Positions 53,321-64,000 of a stretch of DNA of 64,000 nt are shown in pieces. Where the stretch lies: the NCBI GenBank assembly GCA_964234715.1, contig OZ174275.1; one strand, 5' to 3'. Position numbers and translations under genes: made by a program. Within the stretch, counting starts at the first letter, position 1. The number at the start of each line of letters is the position of its first letter. Source of the stretch: Podarcis melisellensis. Taxonomy: Eukaryota. Below the pieces are notes generated by a model. The model saw only the letters and a program-made list of their open reading frames with translations. It searched no databases and had not been told where the DNA came from.

Positions 53321-53499
53321 CATAGGAGCCAACTCCTAGGGGCTGAGGTCCCTCCGCCCTCTCCCCAATAAAATATTTGAGGCATCTGGGCCCCTCAAAG
53401 TGGATGGGCACTGCCATTCAAATGGTGTGCTTGTGATCAATAATGCAGGGCGGGGCTACCCTAGCCCCGTCCAATATTTTATTGAAGTTGGCACCCCTG
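53321..53499. mobile_element. hAT-like MITE
   Basis: Imperfect TIRs CATAGGAGCCAACT / AGTTGGCACCCCTG. TSD not clear. Confidence 0.6.
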
Positions 53500-55500
53500 G
53501 TTGGTTCTTAGGCAATTGTGATTCATCTGCAGGTTGCTCATACAGTATTGTGATTATTGTCTTGCATGTCATTAATAAGTAGCAAAACAAAATTACAGGT
53601 ACATTTGCTGAAAATTTAAAACCATGTTAATACATTAAAGTAAAAAAGTAAAATTCAGCATTTCAAGTAAAAATGTTCAATTGCCATGCTCCTCTTCCAC
53701 CATTCCACACTACCACATGTGTTCCTGATAAATACATGGAGATGTGTTGTTACAACATTGATGCTAAATCAGAGATTGCAAATACACAGTACAGCACACT
53801 TGGGAGACACAATGAGCAGCCAATTGGTAAGTAGATGCCCATGGCACACATACATATATTGGAATCCCAGTTGAAACATTTGTACATTTCTCGCCTGTAT
53901 GTAGGCACAGGGTAGCACTGGTGTCACTTTCCATGGCTGGCTGATGTCATATGGTTTAATTATGAATGTTTGAAAATATCAGCATGTCACCTGTCATGAA
54001 ATAGCATAATTTCATTTGCTATGGGGCATTTGGGTGCGTAGGCTCACTTGAGTATGTGTTGATACTGAAGATGGAGACATGGCAGGAATGGAGGGGTTGT
54101 GGCAGCAGCATGAAATATTTCAGGGAAAAGTGCCAGATTTTTGCACTTTGTCACTTTTATGGGGAATATAAGCTGCACAAAATGAGAAAAATGGGTGAAT
54201 TTGCTTATTGTATAGAGAGGATGCAGATCATGCTGTTAGTGCAGAATTTGGATTACCTTTCAGCAGAATTTGAAGTTTGCAAGCATGGAATACACACAAC
54301 CCGGCTTACATAATTTTATCTATGATAGGAATGGTTTCCCCTGACAAGTCTTTTTATTCACACACATTCATATGCACTGAAAGAAGTCAAGTCATAAATG
54401 GGACTGTTGATGAATATAGGTCATTTTATATGTATTAATTTATAGGAAAATTATCTTTTGCCTAGCCCTTACATTGCACAAGAGGAAAATGAAAGGCTGG
54501 ATGTCAGCTTCCTCTAAGCCAGCTGCAAGGTTCTCAGATTTATTACAGGGCTTAATTCTATATTCTCCACTACCATAGACTTCACTTCTGTTTACTCCAA
54601 GAGTTCATTTGCTACAGAGTCTCCTTCACACAGTCTCACCACAGCTGACATTCTTATCATCTGTGGTGGCCACTTCTCCGCCTCATCAACTCTCTATCTC
54701 ATTTCCAGTCTCACGTGAAAACAATTTTTCTCCCTTGCCAGCACTTCTTAGTTTCTTTCTCCATCATAGTTATTATTGCACTCTACAACTGTATTTAACC
54801 TTATAACAAATTTTTGAAATGCACTCAGAAGGGAAGACCCTGGGGGGTAGATATCATTAGCTCAGCCAAATGGTTTTGAAGAAGGGATTAAAGGTGAGGA
54901 GATTCAAAGGACACTTAAATTTGTTTATTAGATTTGGGTACTCTTTCCCCACTCCTACTCTCCCAAGTTCAAGGAACTAGTTCCATCATTTGTCTAGTTT
55001 CTTTTTAGATATTCCTCTTCTCCCTTTCTCATTTGACAAAGATCCTATGTGCATAAATGATGTTGTATTTTTTTAAAAAAAAAGTCTGAGTGGGTAATAA
55101 AATAGTGCCACTTTTCTAAAAAGAAATAAAAAGACACCATGGGTGGAATTCACCTCAGCAGTCCTGTAAATAGAAGCTTTGCATGAGAACACCCACTTGC
55201 TCAGCCGGGCCTTCCCTTTCCTCCCTTGCACCCCACCTGCACCCCCCAAAAATAGCTTATAGGGCATCAGTAAAACTCGCAAAGCAGAACATGGGACAAA
55301 GGGGTATTGTTCTGTTTGGCAAGCTGAAATGCTTGGGCAAATTGAACACTTAGAAGAGCTCAGTGTTGAATTTCACCCCTGGCCTTTCCTGTTTTCTTTG
55401 TCACGTGCTATGAAAGTTTACCCGTCAGTGTTTAATTTTTAAAAATTATAATTATTTTACAATCAAAAAGCCTGTCTTCTCTCATTACTGTGAGACTCTA

Positions 55501-55790
55501 GGGCCACATCCGCACCATATAAAGAAAATAGTACTGTACCTCTTTAAACAGTCATGGCTTTCCCCAAAGGATCCTGGGAAGTGTTAAGGGTGCTGAAAGG
55601 GGTCCTGGTCCTGTTAGCTAGGGATGATGGGAGTTGTAGTCCCAAAACATCTGGAGGGCCAAGTTTACCTATGCCTGTTGTAGCCCTATGAACTCCAACT
55701 CCCATCAGCCTTAGACAGCACAGCCTAATGGTTCAGGGTGATGGGGCTAAAATCAGAGAACACCTGGAGGGCACTACATTGGCTCTAGGT
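55501..55790. mobile_element. Cluster of nested MITE fragments
   Basis: Left arm of the 8444-type MITE, then GGGATGATGGGAGTTGTAGTCC..AACATCTGGAGGGCC (hairpin hAT MITE arm) and a further diverged copy. Confidence 0.6.
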
Positions 55791-56377
55791 GAAGGCAGGA
55801 GACTTGTGAGGAAGAAGGGAAGAGAGCCTCAATAGCTTAGTAACAGGGAGTTTTATTCCATTCTTCTATGGACATGTGACTGGCCTTTTCCCTCCATTCC
55901 TGCTGCCAGCCCTTGAGGGAGGAAAGCCAGCCCCTGTTGAGACTTGTTTCCCTGCCAGTCCAGCCTAATGTCAGCTGCCTTCCTCTTTCGTAACAGGGCA
56001 GGAAGCAGAACCTTGAAGGCCTTTTTCTGTGTTGTTGACAGCCATCAGGGGGTCCCCAGGGTTCAATTCTAGCTCAGCCTAGCTTGATGAGCTGAATATA
56101 GCTCTCAGTCCTTTTAATATAATCAGCAAATAGCCAAAATTCCTTCTACAATTAAATATATTCAATTACATGGCCAAACACTAATTTAGATGGAGGGAGA
56201 AATTAAGCAGGCAATGGTCTCCTGTGAGAACAAAAAGGCCAGAAATGAGATGAGGAGTAATGGAATAAAAGTTTTATTTGATAGAAGGGAGTGCAGGCAA
56301 GTTGCAACCCAGCTGAAGATGGGAGGGAAGAATCCTCTCATCACACTTCAGAAGGCAGAGCTTTCAGATAAACATTG

Positions 56378-56585
56378 AGCTCATCAGGGACCTGGGTAAT
56401 TGGATATGGAGAATCCTTCTTCAAAGTTGTCAGTTCAAATCTAGTGCAGCTCAGTTATGATGGGGAGTTACTGAGATCTGAAGATTGTTTGTCGGCCTTT
56501 GTGAGATGTATTAGGTGGTCGAACTCCCCTCCCCAAGGACAACTGTCTGTATAAGAAAAAACACCACTGTAATTAGTACAGATTC
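56378..56585 (+). mobile_element. LF-SINE relic (5' half)
   Basis: Colinear with my recollection of the LF-SINE consensus: GGTAATTGGATATGGAG...GTTCAAATC...ATCTGA...GGCCTTTGTGAGATG...GGTGGTC...GGACAACTGTC...AAAAAACACCA...AATTAGTAC. Confidence 0.6.
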
Positions 56586-57689
56586 TCAGACTTCTCTTCC
56601 AAAGATGATTATATATGAAGTTTATATAATGTTTAAAGAAAAATTATTCTAGGCATTTACAAACAAGCAAATAGCTCCATATTAGAGATGAGGAATTCAC
56701 AACAATCATAACTGGTGGTAAAACAGTTTCCATTTTAACTTTGATCTTTGGTCAGATCTGTTCCATTCAGAATAAAAATGTCTGCATAGTTCACCTGCGA
56801 GGCCAAATAATTAATTCTGGGTATATTTGGCACATATAACACCCTAAAATATCTGGTTGCTTGGTTTATATAGAAGCTGCTATACATTGATGTTGCTGGC
56901 AAATTTCCCACTGACTTCAGTGGTGCTGAGCAGCAGTTTCGATGTTTGAAAATAACAGATTATACACCATAAAATAATAAGTTTGTCATGATACTTAAAA
57001 AAATATAGATATCAATGGACTGATTATTTTCCTGTGGTTCCTCTTCTGTATGCAAAATTTTGTTGCATACTTTTTTCCAGACATTTGGAGGAATATTACT
57101 TTAAACATACTTGATATGTATAAAAAGCATGTTTAAACAGCAGAAACACAATTTAGCATAATTTTAGGCTTTTAGATTTTTAAAAGATGTACAAAATCAT
57201 GACATACATGATGATGTGTTTACATGAGCTAATTGCCTTAACTACACGTGCGTATTAAAGATTCGCTTTCTTTCAGGGGGAGTATAATGTTGAGCACTCA
57301 CCTGCTATATCACTCTTACCATAGCAGCACATATGTAGTTTTTATTCTTAAAAGATGACAAATGCTGGCAAGGCTGCCCCTTCCTCCTCCCCAACAGGAA
57401 TCTGACAGTTTGTCAATTTTTCTGCAGGTTGTACACTCTTCTTCTTGGTGAGCCACAGCACACATCAACCTTGGTGCTTTGAAAGCAATACAAACATGTA
57501 CAGAAAATCAATACAAACAGGTACATATTGAAAATATTTGAAGAAAAGTATTGTCGTACATCTCATCCTTAGGTTTTTCTGTTCTCCCAGTGTATTATAT
57601 AGGGAAATCCTACCACAGTCTTTGAATTTTACTTCGGAAATTATCACAAAAAGGATAAAAAGCAGGTGGGATTGGGTCATCTACTGACA

Positions 57690-57772
57690 TCCCTATTGAT
57701 GCTTACTTGGAAGTAAGTCCCAGAATGTTCAATGGGACTTACTCTGCAGCAAGTGCATTTAGGATTGCAGCC
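57690..57772. repeat. Short (~85 bp) hairpin interspersed repeat
   Basis: GCTTACTTGGAAGTAAGTCCCA...TGGGACTTACTCTGCAGCAAGTGCATTTAGGATTGCAGCC. Related copies near 59290-59355, 61595-61635 and 62440-62490. Confidence 0.6.
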
Positions 57773-58009
57773 TAAGTGTGCATCCAGATACCTGTAACTT
57801 GAGTTGTGAGTCCGCTGTGGATGAGTATTCATCAGTTTTTGTTCACCTTTTCCTTAAGGAAAAACCATCCTGTTTGTAGCTGAACCTGGCTGTGCTGTGT
57901 TGGCTAGCTGCTTACAACATCGTGAGGCCACTTATTCCCCTTTTAAATTTTTCAGCTTTTTAAAAAAAGATTGGCTTTACAAAAAACAAAAAAAGCAAGT
58001 GAAGAGTAA

Positions 58010-58221
58010 CATCAAAGTGCAAGTAGATAAACAGGTACCGCTCCGGCGGGAAGGTAAATGGTGTTTCCGTGCGCTGCTCTGGTTCGCCAGAAGCGGCTTA
58101 GTTATGCTGGCCACATGACCTGGAAGCTGTACGCCGGCTCCCTCGGCCAGTAAAGCGAGATGAGCACCACAACCCCAGAGTCAGCCACGACTGGACTGGT
58201 CAGGGGTCCCTTTACCTTTAC
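58010..58221 (+). mobile_element. 5'-truncated Sauria SINE
   Basis: AAAGTGCAAGTAGATAAACAGGTACCGC...GGTCAGGGGTCCCTTTACCTTTAC. Confidence 0.9.
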
Positions 58222-59379
58222 GTCTGTCCATAGCATCCCAACATAAAAAGAAAGCAGACACACCCCAATGGGAAATTTGTGCTATGACGCCAGTTTTTAA
58301 ATATGTCTGTAGGTATCCTGATGCTCTCCATAAACCCTTAACCAGACTGTTAGGCTTTTAGATTTGTGGAGAAACCACTCAGATTTAATAAAGAAAAGTT
58401 TCTAAGTCATGTGCCTGTGGTTTATATATTAGGCTCAGCAATCATAAAGCTAATATAATAACTATCAAACAGTATTGAAAGGACTATCACTGCAGTGGTG
58501 TAGCGGGAAATAATCTCTTGCAGATAGTATTGGCTTTGGCGCCATAGCCTTAGCCTTCAGACTTGTCCATGTATAGCCACAGAAATAAATATAGTGAGTA
58601 CTTCTCGGCATATATACAGAATACCTTACCTTTCCTGTCTCCACACACTTAGAATGAAGGAATACCATAGATGTGCATTCTTCAGTTCAGGTTGGGATCC
58701 TAGCATACCTTTAAAGGCCGCTTGCCCTCATTTCCACAGACAATATTTTGAGAACACAGTGTTGGAGGAAGACATGTCATTACATATATTGCAGGAAGTT
58801 TATGAACAGAACCATCTTGGCTCATTTCCACCAGTGTCGATTATTCAAAGAGAATTAAGATGTTAAGGATTTAGCTCTTGGTTTAAAGGCATTTTTGAGT
58901 GGGCATGAAAGTTTATTAAAATGACATTATCTGCTCATATTCTAGGTCAATTACAATTATTTTTTAAAATCCATATACCACTGTGCAACACCTCAAATTA
59001 TATTTTACTATTTTAGAAAGTACTAATCAATATCCAGTTAACTGTATACAGTAGTTTATTTATTTCTTTTGGGATCTTTCGATTTACAATTGCCATGTAA
59101 ACCCCGAAATCTCAAAAGGCGCTAGTCCCTAATAAAGACAATACGATTATAACCAATTAATATCCCTCCTAGTTTCAAATCCAGATGTACCGTTTTTGTT
59201 TCAACCTCCCAAAATCATGGTTTGGATTATACAAATTCTCGGGCGGGTTTTATTTTTTAAGGTATTCGGCAATTTAATTAGCCAGCGGCACCACTTACTT
59301 GGGAGCAAGCCCCGCTGAATTAAGTAGGTCTTTACCTCTGAGCAATATTGCGCAGTTCCACCATTATTCCCATAGGCAG

Positions 59380-59900
59380 ATTCAGACCACACCCGCGACT
59401 GCGTAGACCAATGGCTGCTCCCGCAGCCATATATCCCCACAAAGCAATGGCGGCTTAAGCTACGCCTTCCCTCCCTCTTACTCCCACAGAGCAATGGCGA
59501 CTTTTACGCGCCGTCATGTGACGTCGCATTCTACAAGCGAGCGCTGTTGAGTGTGACGTGTCAAGACGCCCAAGAACGCTATGCGCGAGGCTGGGGAGCC
59601 GCGGTCCGGCTACGGATGCTGCCGGGTCGATTAAGCAAAGGTAATTCCGATTCCCTCTCCGCGCGCTCGCTGCAGCCCCGAGTGGTTGCCTAGCAACTGA
59701 GCCAGCTTGCCTGTAGGAGCGCGGGCCCTGTCTTTGTGGGCCTGGGCGAAGGTGCGCCCTTCCTGTGGAGGAGGGAGCAGGCATAGGGCTCCCTCCCCAG
59801 GGACGTCCCCACAGCTGCGCCCTTTGGCACGGTCCTCGAGACCTGGGAGGGGACCTCTGCGGCCTCCAGTTGCTGCTGCTTCGTCTTCCCTTGTGGCGTT
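59380..59900 (+). promoter_or_regulatory. CpG-island promoter of the downstream gene (probably SEC22A by synteny)
   Basis: The only non-repeat CpG-dense stretch in the window. CCAAT at 59408-59412, CRE-like TGACGTCG at 59519-59526, TGACGTGTCA at 59554-59563. PDIA5 is followed by SEC22A on the same strand in human. Confidence 0.8.
59570..59640 (+). other. SEC22A: Probable first (5' UTR) exon, donor AAG|GTAATT at 59640/59641; start position approximate
   Basis: Strong 5' splice site just downstream of the promoter motifs, inside the CpG island. Gene identity rests on synteny only; no SEC22A coding sequence was found in the window. Confidence 0.5.
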
Positions 59901-60512
59901 TCTGTGCCTCAAGAGCCCCTTGACGAGGTGGAAGTTCACCAGGGGAAGTTTTCTCTCTAGGGGTGGGAGGGAAACGCTGCAGCTATTGGATGTTTTGCCC
60001 GCCATGCAGCAATTCAAGGCGCTGTAACTGTGCCAGAGGGCGGGGGGGGGGGGGAGAGGGAGTGACTCTGCCCTTAAATACCTGAGCTAATGTAGCTGGG
60101 TGTGTGTTTGCGATTCGCATACCCCCCTCTAGGGTTTTGGCAAAAGGCGTATTGGGGAGGATTTGGAGAAGGAAGTGCTCTCGCATAATGAGCTTTGGGA
60201 AGGGATGTATATTTAGGATTTTAGGCCTACCACTAAAGACTGCATTTCTGAGTGCAAGGCCTCTTGGTAGTTGTGGAAAAGAAGAGTGCCCTTTGGTTCC
60301 CCCCCCCCCCTGCCCTTCCATGCAGGGTGCTTCTAGTGGGGGATTTAATGAGGCTGTTTGTTGCTTTATGATTTATTGAAATAAAAGGGGGTGAGGGAAC
60401 CCTTCCCTCAGCCTTCCCTTATATGATACTGGGGGGGGGGGGGATGCTGTGACATTTTAGGGCAATTGTTGTAGGTATGGTTGTGGAAAGTTATTAAGTG
60501 GTTAGTAAAGGT

Positions 60513-60604
60513 GCGGGAGGCAGTGGAGGACAGAGGTGCCTGGCGTTCTCTGGTCCATGGGGTCACGAAGAGTCGGACACGACTAAACGACTAAACAACA
60601 ACAA
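60513..60604 (+). mobile_element. BovB (RTE clade) LINE extreme 3' end with (CAA)n tail
   Basis: GGAGGCAGTGGAGGACAGAGGTGCCTGGCGT.CTCTGGTCCATGGGGTCACGAAGAGTCGGACACGACTAAACGACTAAACAACAACAA. AAAGGT on both sides (60507-60512 and 60604-60609). Confidence 0.88.
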
Positions 60605-60615
60605 AAGGTACAGTA

Positions 60616-60977
60616 AAGGTAAAGGGACCCCTGACCGTAAGGTCCACTCACGGACGACTCAGGGGTTGCGCGCTCATCTCGCTCTATAGGCCGAGGGAGC
60701 CAGCGTTTGTCCTCAGACAGCTTCCGGGTAATGTGGCCAGCATGACTAAGCCACTTCTGGCAAACCAGAGTAGCGCACGGAAACGCCATTTACCTTCCCG
60801 CTGGAGAGGTACCTATTTATCTACTTGCACTTTGACATGCTTTCGAACTGCTAGGTTGGCAGGAGCAGGGACCGAGCAATGGGAGCTCATCCCCTCATTG
60901 TGGGGATTCAAACCACCGACCTTCTGATCGGCAAGCCCTAGGCTCTGTGGTTTAGACCACAGCGCCACCCGCGTCCC
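60616..60977 (-). mobile_element. Full-length Sauria SINE with 12-bp TSD
   Basis: Ends CAGCGCCACCCGCGTCCC (head, reversed) and starts AAGGTAAAGG (tail). TSD AAAGGTACAGTA at 60604-60615 and 60986-60997. Confidence 0.93.
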
Positions 60978-60995
60978 AAAGTCCCAAAGGTACAG

Positions 60996-61185
60996 TAGAA
61001 TCATAGAATTATAGAACTGCAGAGTTAGAAGGCACCCCAAGGGTCATTTAGTCTAACCCCCCTGCAATGCAGGAATCACATCTAAAGAATCCCTAATGGA
61101 TGGCCATCCAGCCTCTGTTTAAAAACCTGAAATGAAGGAGAGTCCACCACATCCTGAGGGAGTACATGCCAGGAAGTTCTTCCTT
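60996..61185 (-). mobile_element. CR1 LINE 3' fragment
   Basis: TAGAATCATAGAATTATAGAA is the reverse of the (ATTCTATG)n CR1 tail, followed by GGTCATTTAGTCTAACCCCCCTGCAATGCAGG...CCATCCAGCCTCTGTTTAAAAACC. Confidence 0.85.
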
Positions 61186-62197
61186 ACCACTGTGGGTTAG
61201 GCCTCAGCTTCTTGAGCATGCTGTTATTGCTTAACGAATGTAATAATACTGTGGTAATTACTGATTTGGCCATATGGTACTCTGAGCTGTGTATCCCTGA
61301 GGTTACATTAATGCAACTCTCTTCAAATGGTAACAGTATTCTATAGTGTTAACTCAAAAAGCTACAAGTGTATTCCTTTAAGTTTGCTAAGAGGAAGTTG
61401 TTCAATCAAGGAGAGATCACTCTATTTCTTACATGTTGTTGCAAATAAATGGTGCTGCAGTGAAATATTTTTTCCTCCTTCAGTGGTTTACATGAGATTC
61501 ATTGTTATCTTGTCCTATAAAAAACTTTTCATTTGACTCCTTTGAAATTTTATTGACTGTCAGTGGGATAGCTAAATGTAGTTTGAATTTAAGTGCAATC
61601 CTTTGTATATGTACTCAGAAGGAAGTCCCAAAGAATGAGTTTGTTAGTTTATTTAAAGCTATTTATACATTGGTTTTCAGCTAAGTAAAACCAGAGCAGT
61701 TCACAAAATATAATAGGATAAAATACATATTAAAACCATTATAAAATTATACCCACTGCAGCCAGCAATAAATACTAATTCAAGCTGGGTCTGATTTATG
61801 GAATATAGGGTTCTTTAATTGTTATGTATTGTTACTTTTCCTTATTTTATGCTCTGCTTTATGTTTACGCTCTTAAAATTTTGCAAGTTGCTTAGGAAGT
61901 CCTTACGTAGCAAGCAGTTATTAAAATGAAATAATAATAGCAAAGGTTGAGGTAAAGAGCTAAGTCTGAAGCAGGTGTTGAAATCCAGCACAATCTGCAC
62001 CAAGCATATTTCAAGGCAGAAGGAGTTCTGTGAAATGGATGCAACCACAAGAAAGGCCCTTGCTTAGGTTCCCGCATTCTGTGCCACAGCCAGTGGTGAC
62101 ACCATTAGGAGAGCCTCCTTTGATGATCTTTACAAACAAGTATGGTAGGTCTGTATGGAAGCAAATGCTCCTTCAGATATCCAGGCTCCAACTTGTA

Positions 62198-62420
62198 CAG
62201 TGGTACCTCTGGTTACATACGTAATTTGTTCTGGAGGTCCGTTCTTAACCTGAAACTGTTCTTAACCTGAAGCACCGCTTTAGCTAATGGGGCCTCCCGC
62301 TGCCACGCGATTTCTGTTCTCATCCTGAAGCAAAGTTCTTAACCCGAGGTACTATTTCTGGGTTAGCGGAGTCTGTAACTCAAGCGTAACCTGGAGCGTA
62401 TGTAACCCGAGGTACCACTG
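62198..62420 (+). mobile_element. Tigger/pogo-like MITE
   Basis: TIRs CAGTGGTACCTCTGGTTACATACG / CGTATGTAACCCGAGGTACCACTG with TA TSDs. Confidence 0.92.
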
Positions 62421-62499
62421 TATTGGCAGTACAATGACTGACTTCTAGGTGGGACTTGCTCATAGGTAAGTGTGCATATGATTTTAGCTTCGGTGTTTC

Positions 62500-62630
62500 T
62501 CAGAGATAAGGAACCTATAGCCCTCCATATGCTGTTGAATACCAGCTCCCATGAGCCTCAGCCAGTCAGGGACAACTGTAGTTTTAGTCCTGCAACATCT
62601 GGATAGTAAGTTACAGGTTCCCTATCCTTG
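62500..62630. mobile_element. Diverged hairpin hAT MITE
   Basis: GGAACCTATAGCCCTCCATATG...CAACATCTGGA...AGGTTCCCTATCCTTG. Confidence 0.55.
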
Positions 62631-63129
62631 CCTTAAAGTATGGGGCTGTCTTCCACCTTTCAAGATACAAGTATTGAGACTGGAAACGTGAGCATAGCCT
62701 AGTGAAAATATGGTTTAGAGCTATGGCAGCTGCATTTGTGGTTATAGCTTCAAAGCAATGGAGATTCAGCTGGGACCTTGGAGTCAACCCTTAGTCACCA
62801 TGAGGCAAACAGGCAAGTGGCTGATTACAAGCCTATTTTATTGTAAATAATGAAAAATAACATAACAGTCCGTTGTTAATGCAAGCCCCTTTTAAGTTGC
62901 TGAAAGGACTGCCAGTCAACACAATTGAACACATTATTAAATAACAGATTTCAGCCATTATACTTGCCTATGTGGGCTTATGAAGAACAACATAATAAAA
63001 TGTTAGCCAGACAACTGTAATATCTGCCAGTATTGGCACATGATTTACTGCCTTCTGTGTATCGCTATGTACCATAATACAGGCTGCCTATCCACAGTAT
63101 TATTTTAAAAGCAATTGTCATGCATCCCA

Positions 63130-63800
63130 TTACTTTATTTATGTTTCTGAGAAAGCCAAAAGTTTTTAAAAGGATGTATTCATACACATCTCAAATTTAA
63201 ATAGGAAAAAAATCATTCAAATATAAACATAAGGACACTAAAGGAGAAACCTTATAATAAGGAAAAGGATTTTGCTTAATAATACTTCGTTCAGCATTCC
63301 AGCAGTTTCTAAGCCATTTCCATTCTTCTCCAAACACATCAATTTTGTTTCTCTTCTCTAACACAAAAATATATTATGTAATTTTATTCATGGTTTCTTT
63401 GCCCCATAATTTTCTATACCATTCTTTCAGAGAAGGAAAAATAAATTGTCTCCTTAGTTTTCCAGTACAGTATGTTGCAAATAAAAGTATAGCTGTAACA
63501 GTGCTCTTTTCTTTCAGGAATAGTTGTTTCAGAAAACCTTTAGACATAATCCTAAAGGGAGTAGGCCCCACTGAACAGAATGTGTTATTAAACTTAATTT
63601 TTGGTTTGGAGAAATATGAGCTTAAGTATATTGTTATATTATTAGCAGGATGTGTGACCAATAAGTTTTCTGTTCTTACACACAACAGTCTGCAAAACCC
63701 ACCTTTCTTTCATCTTGCTTTGAACTTATTTCGCTACCATTAGAGTGTTAGACAACACTGTGATAGTAATTTATTGAAATTGTCTGAGTACTAAATATTT
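63130..63800 (-). mobile_element. Old L1-clade LINE ORF2 C-terminal / 3' UTR relic
   Basis: Frameshifted minus-strand peptides occur in L1 order: TYWSHIL, LLPLGL, TVTAILLFATY/YWK, PSLKEWYRKLW, VFGEEWKWL. Boundaries are approximate. Confidence 0.6.
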
Positions 63801-64000
63801 TCACCCAAATATATTTCTGTAAGATTACTGACAGCTTAACTTTTAGGGTCTCCCATCAACTCATTTATATATATATTTCCGGACCCTCTTCTGTCCTGAT
63901 ATGTAAGCCACCCTTATTCTGAACCAACTTGCAATGCTTCTTCAACACTTTGCTGTGTATGTTTCATTTTCTGAGGGGCAAACTAGATATGGCAGTCTTT

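Noticed and set aside
59455-60379. Overlapping 90-130 aa ORFs on both strands in the CpG island
   Set aside because: Expected from stop-codon scarcity in GC-rich DNA. None resembles SEC22A or any protein I recognise.
63345-63743. 132-aa plus-strand ORF
   Set aside because: It is the antisense of a decayed L1 ORF2 end and reflects AT-rich composition.
1-64000. A novel multi-gene system, CRISPR array or prokaryote-type operon
   Set aside because: The sequence is vertebrate intron/intergenic DNA. I saw no regularly spaced repeat-spacer array, no ORF over 160 aa and no operon structure.
59641-64000. SEC22A first coding exon (MSMILSASV...)
   Set aside because: Not found, so the SEC22A assignment remains synteny-based only.

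Overview
Eukaryotic genomic DNA from a squamate, most likely a lacertid lizard, judged from Sauria/Squam1 and Squam3B-type SINEs, a BovB tail and CR1/L2/L1 relics. The first ~39 kb hold the last six coding exons of PDIA5 (PDIR, an ER protein disulfide isomerase) on the + strand. They encode the CGHC and CPHC thioredoxin active sites and end in ...GKRKDEL-stop, followed by a short 3' UTR with AATAAA signals. All six exons have GT-AG boundaries and join in frame. About 20 kb of intergenic DNA follows, then a CpG-island promoter with a probable non-coding first exon (~59.4-59.9 kb). By vertebrate synteny this is probably SEC22A, but I found no SEC22A coding exon in the window. The remaining sequence is intron or intergenic DNA with many SINEs, LINE fragments, Tc1/pogo and hAT MITEs and microsatellites. 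I found no convincing new protein-coding or multi-gene system, and the supplied ORFs are spurious apart from pieces of PDIA5, L2 and L1. The most interesting observations are transposon-level: three retroelements stacked at one ~15-bp target, a minimal tRNA-Lys/CR1-tail SINE, a 5S-headed SINE, an LF-SINE relic near the promoter, a telomere-like MITE beside a splice acceptor, and candidate conserved enhancers. Repeat family names come from my recall of consensus sequences, not from a database search.
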